A DNA stretch of 60,259 nt from Magnetococcales bacterium. GTDB lineage: Bacteria; Pseudomonadota; Magnetococcia; Magnetococcales; JADFWT01. The stretch lies in assembly GCA_015233785.1 (NCBI GenBank), contig JADFWT010000004.1, forward strand, positions 1-60,259, given 5' to 3'. Both the position numbers and the translations under genes were made by a program. Position 1 is the stretch's first letter; every line of letters begins with the position of its first letter. Positions 1 through 7,181 of this stretch are shown piece after piece. Under the pieces are notes generated by a model, which saw nothing but the letters and a program-made list of their open reading frames with translations, did not search any database and was not told the DNA's origin.

Positions 1-866
1 CACGCCAAACGCCTCCGAGATCTAACCATCAACGGCATGGCGCGTAGCTCCTCGCCGATAATGCCCTGAGTCTTTAACGCATCCGACTCAGCCGTCTCAA
101 TCATCTGCTCCGAGACCGCCTCCTGGTAGACTGCACCGATCAACACGCCCTGCGCATCCACCACAGGCAGACTGAAGTAGCCGGTTTCGTGAAACATAAC
201 CGCCAACTTGCGGGCTTCCAGCTCCGGCCCGACACTGGTTGGGGCTACCAACAAATCATCCACCAACGTCTCAACGGACTCCCCCAACAGCCGAAGAATC
301 GACACCACCCCCAGTAGTCGCCCAACCTTATCCACCACATAGAGATAAAATTTGAACTGCGCCGCACGCTGCTCCTTGATCGCCACCAACTCTTTCAAAA
401 TATCGCCAACCCGCTGCCCCTTTAGAAAGGCGATGGGCTCCAGATCCATCAACCCGCCGGCAGAGTTGCCTCGATAGCGATCAAGAAGGTGCAGACGTTC
501 CGCCTGCTGGGTGGCCATCTTGGCCATAATGCGCTTGGCCGTGGGACCATCAAGCTCCCGCATAAACTCCGCCTGCTGTCGGGTCTTGAATGCCCCAAGC
601 AGCTCTGCTGCCTCCTCCGGCGTGAGATAACCAAACAACTCGGCACTCTCAGCATGGGGAATCGCCCGAATTAACCGAGCGGCATCCTCGGGTCCCAGAA
701 GCTGAAATAATTGCTCCCGCTCGCGAATGGAAAGACGCATCAATGCCCGCACAACCTCCATGATCGGCAGGCGGCGAACGGCACGACGTGCCGTGGCAGG
801 ACGATGCCGAAGTATGGCGCGACGCATCAATAATTGGGCCAGTCGGCGACCTTGGATAGGGGTCAT
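1..866 (-). CDS. mgtE: Magnesium transporter MgtE (N-terminal domain + CBS pair; runs off the window edge)
   Basis: Not in the ORF track. Manual translation from ATG at 866 (GGGAG upstream): MTPIQGRRLAQ...YRGNSAGGLMD...FYLYVVDKVGRLLGVVS...SLPVVDAQGVLIGAV...RSRRRLAW, matching the MgtE_N/CBS/first-TM layout. Confidence 0.9.
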   Translation of the reverse strand, partial: MTPIQGRRLAQLLMRRAILRHRPATARRAVRRLPIMEVVRALMRLSIREREQLFQLLGPEDAARLIRAIPHAESAELFGYLTPEEAAELLGAFKTRQQAEFMRELDGPTAKRIMAKMATQQAERLHLLDRYRGNSAGGLMDLEPIAFLKGQRVGDILKELVAIKEQRAAQFKFYLYVVDKVGRLLGVVSILRLLGESVETLVDDLLVAPTSVGPELEARKLAVMFHETGYFSLPVVDAQGVLIGAVYQEAVSEQMIETAESDALKTQGIIGEELRAMPLMVRSRRRLA

Positions 867-1029
867 AATCCGGGCTCCCTAGGTGATGACAACATGACAG
901 ATATCTCCTGGTGACCACGGTACGTGCGGTGAAGGGGCCGGGTGAAGGGAGAATGGATTTCTTCTGTCAACCATGATAAACAGATAATCAATAATAATAG
1001 GGTTATCAACCTCCAAACCAGAGGCCATC

Positions 1030-1743
1030 ATGACACTCTCCGATCTGAAAAAGCGCATTGCAGCCCAAGCAGAGCTTAGCGAAGCCCAGGCCGATAGAGC
1101 CGTCAAAGCTATGGTTGCCTCTCTCGGGGAAGCACTGGCCAAAGGCGATAAGGCCGCCCTGCCCGGCTTGGGCTCCTTCCGGGTGACCGTTCGCGAAACC
1201 CGAAAAGGCCGCAATCCGCAAACCGGAGAAGCCATCGTCATCCCGGCGGCCAACCGTGTGCGCTTCAAGGCCGCCAAGGCGCTTAACCAACGGCTGAACC
1301 CCAACCCAAAGCCGGTTCGACTGGCCGAAGAACCCCATGACCGCCTGAAAAACTCTCCCCTGGAGCGCCCATCGGAACCGCAGATCAAACGTCGCTCCGC
1401 CCGCCCCTTTGAGATGGATCGACGTAGCGCCCCCCGCATCAAAGTCAACGTCGGATCCGTGCTTCTGCACGGCATTGATGAACAGGGAGAGGCGATTTTA
1501 GTCAAAGCGGTAGATATCTCAAAAAATGCCATCAGGATCAAAGCCCCAACCATACCACCACTTCGCTTCACCCGTCTAACCTGTCCAGGCCAAAATGTTT
1601 CACTCGGTATCAAGGAGGCCCATATCAATTACCGCGCTTCAGACAGGGGCGAAATTACCGTACTGCTCTCCGCTTTTGACGATGATGTGGGCGGCTTGAT
1701 GCGCTGGATTGAATTGATCACTCGCATTGGTCAAAGGGGGTGA
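1030..1743 (+). CDS. HU-family DNA-binding protein fused to a C-terminal PilZ-like domain
   Basis: Residues 1-90 carry the HU signature (GLGSF...RKGRNPQTGEAIVIPA..VRFKAAKAL). After a Pro/Arg-rich linker come DRRSAPR (RxxxR) and DISKNA (DxSxxG-like). GAGG lies upstream of the ATG. Confidence 0.85.
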   Translation: MTLSDLKKRIAAQAELSEAQADRAVKAMVASLGEALAKGDKAALPGLGSFRVTVRETRKGRNPQTGEAIVIPAANRVRFKAAKALNQRLNPNPKPVRLAEEPHDRLKNSPLERPSEPQIKRRSARPFEMDRRSAPRIKVNVGSVLLHGIDEQGEAILVKAVDISKNAIRIKAPTIPPLRFTRLTCPGQNVSLGIKEAHINYRASDRGEITVLLSAFDDDVGGLMRWIELITRIGQRG

Positions 1744-1869
1744 CCCTCTCACAGTTTGAATTGGAATTCACAATCCACCTGGTGTATCTTGGTCGAAAAA
1801 GTACCATTTTTCAGATCTCAACGAATTCAACTTCATTGCTGGCGTCATTATTCGTAGTCCGGTGAAAAG

Positions 1870-2700
1870 ATGATAGAAAACGAATGCGATCCGTCCGACC
1901 ATGAGGTCTCGAAGTCCGATACGGGCACTCATACGGCTTCTGCGACAAGCGCTTCTGATGCGGTGGACATACCCTCCCCCGTAGAACCGGCTGAAACAAT
2001 CAGCAACCCGCAGACTCTTCACGCAGCTGAACAGATCGCCAGCCTTATGCGCGCAGACGGCACCCTAAAAACCGACCTGATCTGCATGAACAATCTGGAG
2101 GCGCTTCTGCTCATGGGGCCGCCAGGCGATCCGTTGATTGTCGCACTCTGTTACTTGGCTCACATGGACGCCCTCCGTGCCTTTATCGACCCGCCGGGGA
2201 ACATTGGACATGGCCACTTTGAGGTGGCTGATAGTGGCCTCAGTTATGCCCGTGACTATCTCAAGGTAGCTGCTGAAGGCGATTACGATGCCGATCAAGC
2301 CGACATGTGGCTTCGGGCGTTTGCCGAAACATTGGACCATCTGAATGCCATCAAGAAGAGCAAACAGCGTGTTGAAGAGATTCTGGAACACGCCAATCCG
2401 CCTAGCAAGCTGAATGATAAAATCGATGATCTGCGTGAACGCTTTGAAAACGCTGAAGATGATAAGCATTTCCACAAGGTTACTCAGCGCTTTTGGAGTT
2501 ACTGGGTAGTCTCCTGGGGATTACGCATCAACGGTGTTGAACTATCCGGCATCGGTGTGATGCGTGAGCTATATGAGGATTATCTCTGGCTGGATCGACG
2601 CGCTGAGGATCGTCGTATTTTGGCTCCACCAGGCGGTATGCTCGACCCTGATGTGATCCCGGAAGGGGGAGAGGACGATGATGGTATTGAGCTGTTCTGA
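1870..2700 (+). CDS. Hypothetical protein (276 aa, acidic)
   Basis: Long ORF with protein-like composition; no motif recognised. Confidence 0.7.
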   Translation: MIENECDPSDHEVSKSDTGTHTASATSASDAVDIPSPVEPAETISNPQTLHAAEQIASLMRADGTLKTDLICMNNLEALLLMGPPGDPLIVALCYLAHMDALRAFIDPPGNIGHGHFEVADSGLSYARDYLKVAAEGDYDADQADMWLRAFAETLDHLNAIKKSKQRVEEILEHANPPSKLNDKIDDLRERFENAEDDKHFHKVTQRFWSYWVVSWGLRINGVELSGIGVMRELYEDYLWLDRRAEDRRILAPPGGMLDPDVIPEGGEDDDGIELF

Positions 2701-2763
2701 TTGGAAATGAGTATGAAGTCCGCTTCACGGAACACAGCAGCATGCTCTTGTTTCCGGCATCCG

Positions 2764-3228
2764 CTAAGAGAGGGTAAACCGCATATGCAGACGCAACGAA
2801 GGCTCAATATCCTGCATGCGCAACCCCTCCTCTTCCACACCAATCGCCATAAATGACAGCGCCTGATCCACCCAGATCACCATCTCCTCCCGGGTTGGTG
2901 TCTTCCCTTTGGCGATCACCACCTCCTGCACCACGCTTACAGCCATTTGCACCATCTCTCGACTATAATAGCCAGGACCGGATATGCCGGTTGGCGACAT
3001 CTCATCTCCAGCCAGCAACCAACCAACAGTCACGCCAAACCGCTCTGCCAGATTAAACAACGTCTCGGCAGCCGGGAGTCCCACCCCCTCCAACCACTTG
3101 CGGGCCCCCTTTTGAGAGACTTTCATCACCCGAGCCAACTCCACCTGCCGCCCCTGGCCCTTTGACGGAAAGCCATTTATATCCAGCACTTCGTTCAACC
3201 GGCGTGCGAAATTGACCTTGATATCCAT
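2764..3228 (-). CDS. XRE/CI-like helix-turn-helix transcriptional regulator
   Basis: FARRLNEVLD...GRQVELARVMKVSQKGARKWLEG...LAERFGVTVGWLLAG resembles phage-repressor HTH domains. No S24 peptidase domain is visible. Confidence 0.85.
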   Translation of the reverse strand: MDIKVNFARRLNEVLDINGFPSKGQGRQVELARVMKVSQKGARKWLEGVGLPAAETLFNLAERFGVTVGWLLAGDEMSPTGISGPGYYSREMVQMAVSVVQEVVIAKGKTPTREEMVIWVDQALSFMAIGVEEEGLRMQDIEPSLRLHMRFTLS

Positions 3229-3555
3229 ACACCACGCTCCAGACCACCATTGTTACCTGTTGATACAATAAATAAACCTTACCAGAACATGGAATTCATA
3301 ACCTAGGTATCTTATTGGGCTATATCAACTGCCCCAGCGAAGAAAAGCACACGCCAAGGTCGAATCTCTTGGCGTCGTCTGGATGCTATGTTGCTGACAT
3401 TTCTCCGATACGCCCCTATAACACTTTTTATTAATACCCACAAAAAAACCATTTGACTCACATAATATAATCATATATCATAATATACACAATTAAAGAT
3501 AATGACGGGCCACAAAGATGAGCCTGCCCCCCCATTTTTGTAGGATAAGCAGCTT

Positions 3556-3600
3556 TCTGGTGCATCTTTTATCAATATTCTGTTGATAGGATGCACCAGA
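3556..3600. terminator. Long imperfect inverted repeat, possible terminator downstream of the pentapeptide gene
   Basis: TCTGGTGCATCTTTTATCAA ... TTGATAGGATGCACCAGA; no clear U-tract. Confidence 0.4.
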
Positions 3601-3643
3601 CTTGCCTATCCCCTGCCTCCCACATAACGCCGCCAAAGTGCAC

Positions 3644-4351
3644 TCAATGAGGAACAGAGGTGGAACCGTTGGGATCGGTGTCATTAGAACAGTTGGCAGG
3701 CTGTTGCAAAGAGGCATGAAGGTTTTGAACTGGCTCTCCAAGCTGAATACAGCCGCTACGAAGCTGGGCTTGGGTAATGTTGGTTCCTTGCAGATTGGCC
3801 CCGGAAAAATCGGCTCTCTTCAGGACAGCCCCTCGAAGAGATGCCCGGCGCAAATCAGCGCCACGCAGTTTGGCCCGCCTCAGATTGGCCCCATCCAACT
3901 TGGCCCCTACCAATATAGCGCCAGCGAGATTCGCCCTTGGAAGCTGACTGCGGATCAATACGGCACGGGTGAGATTGGCCTTCTCCAGATTGATACCGGC
4001 CATCTGAGCTCGGGGAAGTCGGATCCCCAATAACTGCGCGGACGGCTCATCCTTACCCCGTGGAGAAAGATCAAGATACGCCAATGAGAACGGCTCTTTT
4101 ATGCAGGCCTCTCCCATGGGTAAACAGAAAATGCGGCTGTTGAGATACATGAGAGCCTGATGCTTCTGGCGGGCCTGGATTCCACGATCCTCCACCAAAG
4201 CACGAGCCCTACGAACTTTCTTCTCGGTATGCGCCTTCAGGATCTCTTCGCCCACATACCCTAACAGCACCATAACCAATAGAATCCACAGGCGTGTCGG
4301 AGAAATCCCCATCACACTTAATCGTTCTTTAACGATTCGCCAAGTGGGCAA
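3644..4351 (-). CDS. Membrane-anchored pentapeptide-repeat protein
   Basis: N-terminal hydrophobic helix followed by A(D/N)Lxx repeats (ANLTRAVLIRSQLPRANLAGAILVGAKLDGANLRR...). Confidence 0.9.
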   Translation of the reverse strand: MPTWRIVKERLSVMGISPTRLWILLVMVLLGYVGEEILKAHTEKKVRRARALVEDRGIQARQKHQALMYLNSRIFCLPMGEACIKEPFSLAYLDLSPRGKDEPSAQLLGIRLPRAQMAGINLEKANLTRAVLIRSQLPRANLAGAILVGAKLDGANLRRAKLRGADLRRASLRGAVLKRADFSGANLQGTNITQAQLRSGCIQLGEPVQNLHASLQQPANCSNDTDPNGSTSVPH

Positions 4352-5453
4352 CTATGTGATCGGCCCGCTTGAGGTTGCCAGAGCCGGTATACTGCCACTT
4401 GCTGACAATATCCCCCTCTTCAAAGGTGACATCATCCAGGTCAATCCATGAAAGACCGTACTCATCCGCCAACTTTTTTGCATCCTCCTGCTGGGCCTTG
4501 ATCCCTCTCAGATAGGTGCTTCTCGGCTCGTTCTTCATATCCTCTTCATTGCAGTGGAAAGTCACCAGTGAGAGCTCAATGTGATTAAGACGACACAACT
4601 TGATGAATCGCAGCAGGGACTCGCGGAACAGATGTCGATTCTGGTCAAATAACGCACGGGCAGTCTGAATACTCTCTTCGGTATAAAAATCCTCGGCTAC
4701 ATCCACACAAAAATGGTCATAATTATCCCCAAGAAACCCACCAATACTCACGCCCAAAATCAGCCTAAACAGACTGGAGCGGACCTTATCCATGATCGGG
4801 AGCTCCTGGAGCAACCCATAAGGACGATAGAAGTGCTCATAGTTGGGTGAAAAACGCCCTTCGTGGTGATTCACAAATACCAAGAAATCGTTAACACTCA
4901 AGAATAACAGCATCCGCTCTGGTCGGATGTTACGGTTAAGATCAAAGATCAGACGATGGGTCATGTGATAGAGGGTATAATGGGGCGCACCAGTGTTCAG
5001 CACCTTCAAGGTCGGAAGGCGTGTCTGGAGTTGCCAGGCCAGGCTATCCTCCACCAGGAGATGCTTCTCAAAAAGTGTGCAATCTCCTGCCAGGTAGAGT
5101 GTCCCCTCCTCTCCAGAAGCGGCTGAACCAGAAGGCGCACTCAGACGAAAATGGTCCTCGACATCCTCATAGGCGTTGGAAGGCAGAAAATGGGCAAATG
5201 GATGGGGCGTCATTCGCGGCTCTAGCCCAGCCGATTGATTCCGCTTGGCCAGAGTTGGGAATTTAATCTCCAGTACCCGCTCTGCCACATACTCCAACAC
5301 ACCATAAAAGAGCACCAACCCAACCAGGGTCAGAGCACCATTGAGCCACAGATGATTCGAGAGACTCCAGAGTGCTACCAATCCCCCACCGAGTAATAGA
5401 AGCGCCAAGAGAATGATGATAATTTGCCGTTTGATGACGCGATCCAAAATCAC
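4329..5453 (-). CDS. Membrane-anchored SGNH/GDSL-fold protein with atypical catalytic residues
   Basis: Two N-terminal TM helices; block-like motifs LAGDC, LNTGAP, LSVNDF and a C-terminal D..WQYTGSGN. Confidence 0.65.
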   Translation of the reverse strand: MILDRVIKRQIIIILLALLLLGGGLVALWSLSNHLWLNGALTLVGLVLFYGVLEYVAERVLEIKFPTLAKRNQSAGLEPRMTPHPFAHFLPSNAYEDVEDHFRLSAPSGSAASGEEGTLYLAGDCTLFEKHLLVEDSLAWQLQTRLPTLKVLNTGAPHYTLYHMTHRLIFDLNRNIRPERMLLFLSVNDFLVFVNHHEGRFSPNYEHFYRPYGLLQELPIMDKVRSSLFRLILGVSIGGFLGDNYDHFCVDVAEDFYTEESIQTARALFDQNRHLFRESLLRFIKLCRLNHIELSLVTFHCNEEDMKNEPRSTYLRGIKAQQEDAKKLADEYGLSWIDLDDVTFEEGDIVSKWQYTGSGNLKRADHIVAHLANR

Positions 5454-5561
5454 CGATTTCTACTCCAAACATAAGGTCGTGAGCTCTGGGTTGCGACCAC
5501 TCTCCCAAGTGCTGCGCCCCTTCAAATGATCAACAGCCATGCCGCAGCCACTCCATATTAA

Positions 5562-5577
5562 TGCACTTTTTACGCCA
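5562..5577 (-). promoter_or_regulatory. Possible sigma54 (-24/-12) promoter for the SGNH/pentapeptide genes
   Basis: Minus strand reads TGGCGTAAAAAGTGCA, with GG-N10-GC spacing. Confidence 0.35.
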
Positions 5578-5646
5578 CCCGACTCTATTTTTCAGCAGCA
5601 ACAATATGCTGTTTACCCGCTGCCATATAGGTATATTCACTGAGTC

Positions 5647-5677
5647 GGCTAGACATAAACCATGTTTATATCTAGCC
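5647..5677. promoter_or_regulatory. 14-3-14 palindrome, candidate operator
   Basis: GGCTAGACATAAAC-CAT-GTTTATATCTAGCC, one mismatch, in a divergent intergenic region. Confidence 0.5.
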
Positions 5678-5767
5678 ATTGGAGAAGAAAATATTAAGAT
5701 AAAAAGACAACTTTGTTGAAAAAATAGTTACAATCTCACATAGTTAAGATGATACTGATTTTTTATA

Positions 5768-5797
5768 TTGACATCAGTAATAAATATAGGGGATATT
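5768..5797 (+). promoter_or_regulatory. Sigma70-type promoter
   Basis: Perfect TTGACA at 5768-5773 and GATATT 18 bp downstream, with AT-rich upstream sequence. Confidence 0.5.
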
Positions 5798-5803
5798 AGT
5801 TTC

Positions 5804-5988
5804 AGAAGATCGGCTGCTTGGAACGAAAACCAACAGTGACTTTCTTCTTCCCTTTTGGGTGTCGCCCACCTGTGGTGGATATGACCGATTGAATGACGAC
5901 CCCAGATCGAAAAGCGTCCTCAAACGCACCCCCCCTTTCGATCACCGTCGTTCAATTCGCCCAGTGTTGGTGCGACACCCTTTTTTTT
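5804..5988 (+). ncRNA. Putative structured non-coding RNA or leader, unassigned
   Basis: Nested stems 5857-5865/5972-5980, 5888-5898/5946-5956 and 5905-5914/5935-5943. G-U pairs favour the + strand, a T8 tract follows at 5981-5988, and a promoter lies upstream. Confidence 0.5.
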
Positions 5989-6299
5989 GACCTCTCTCTC
6001 ATCATTGAGGGGCTATTGTGGACCTTACCCACCAACATTAATTTAATCCCACTCAATAAGTGCCGTGATAACAACAGTGAGCCCCACCAGCCAAGACACC
6101 TGAGAAAGATTGCTCACAATTGTAAGATTCCTATGGTATGGTGGTACCGAAGTTAATGCATTGTAGACAATAGACAGGAAGGGCCAGGGGGGGCACTTAC
6201 CTTGAGTTGCGTCACAGCGTGTGTGGCTGCTGACTACGTCTGGAACGCGCTCTAATTAGTTCAGATCATCAGGCCACCCACTGGCATAAAAATGCCAAG

Positions 6300-7181
6300 A
6301 TGCGCGCCACAACGTTGATCACACTTGCCGCACTATTTGCGGCCCATTGGCTGCTCACTTCATGCAGTGAGCCCGTTCCGGCGTTCCAGAAGCGATTGGA
6401 AACGTTGCGTATCGCTGTTATTCCTGATGACCGACTCTCTCTTGATTTGCAAGATATTCGACCACTCTTCAACCATCTTGCCGATGCTGTTGCCCTTCCC
6501 TATCGAGCCATTATCCCAAAAAGCCGTGAAGATCTTCGGATGCTGTTTGCCAATGGGGAGATCGATCTAGCCTGGTTTGGGGCGCTGGATTATCTGCGCA
6601 TCAAAGCCTGTTGCAATGCCAACCCCATCGCCATGCGCGATATTGATGCCCAGGTGACAACGCTGCTTCTGGCACGGGCCGATCTGAATCTCGACCCAGA
6701 GGATCCCTATCGAGGAAGAGAAATCGCGTTTGGTCCCCGAGACACCACCTCGGGTCATCTCATGGCACGACACTTTATGGAGGCGGAAAATGGGATACGG
6801 CCTGAAGATCGTTTTCGCCGCACCCGATATGCCGAAAGCCAGAAACAGGCATTGATTTGGGCTCGGGACGGCGTGGTGGAGATGGCCACCGCGTGCAGCA
6901 GGGTGGTACGCCGTATGACCAACGAAGGACAATTGAATAGCAAGCAACTGAAATTACTGTGGGAAACACCCCCCTTCCCAGCCCATGTATGGGCCGCCAG
7001 AGCGGATCTCCCCGATGAGATTCACCGTACGCTCAGTCGAGCCTTTTTGGCACTCTCGACCTTAGATCCCAAGCATACCCCTATTCTCAACGCCCTTAAA
7101 ACGGAAGGCTTTCTTCCTGTAGAGTCGGGAGCCTTTCAACCACTTCAAGAAACAGCGCGCCATCAGGGGTTGATCCCTTGA
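6300..7181 (+). CDS. PhnD/PtxB-like phosphate/phosphonate-type substrate-binding lipoprotein
   Basis: Lipobox-like LLTSC; GEIDLAWFG, IAFGPRDTTSGHLM and LWETPPFP motifs. Confidence 0.85.
   Translation: MRATTLITLAALFAAHWLLTSCSEPVPAFQKRLETLRIAVIPDDRLSLDLQDIRPLFNHLADAVALPYRAIIPKSREDLRMLFANGEIDLAWFGALDYLRIKACCNANPIAMRDIDAQVTTLLLARADLNLDPEDPYRGREIAFGPRDTTSGHLMARHFMEAENGIRPEDRFRRTRYAESQKQALIWARDGVVEMATACSRVVRRMTNEGQLNSKQLKLLWETPPFPAHVWAARADLPDEIHRTLSRAFLALSTLDPKHTPILNALKTEGFLPVESGAFQPLQETARHQGLIP

Noticed and set aside
867-1029. M-box (ykoK) riboswitch upstream of mgtE
   Set aside because: The conserved M-box sequence blocks were not found.
879-1628. 249-aa and 154-aa minus-strand ORFs
   Set aside because: Antisense shadows of the HU fusion gene; no independent motifs.
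2764-3228. Prophage
   Set aside because: No integrase, structural, replication or lysis genes nearby.
5804-5988. Assignment as 6S RNA, SRP RNA, c-di-GMP riboswitch or retron msr/msd
   Set aside because: No large central bubble or zapA/ygfA context, no SRP GGAA-loop motif, no GEMM motif, and no reverse transcriptase in the window.
5893-6156. 87-aa ORF
   Set aside because: No SD or motif; it runs through the hairpin and T-tract.
6282-6296. Sigma54-like TGGCATAAAAATGC
   Set aside because: GG-GC spacing is 9 rather than 10, and it is too close to the start codon.
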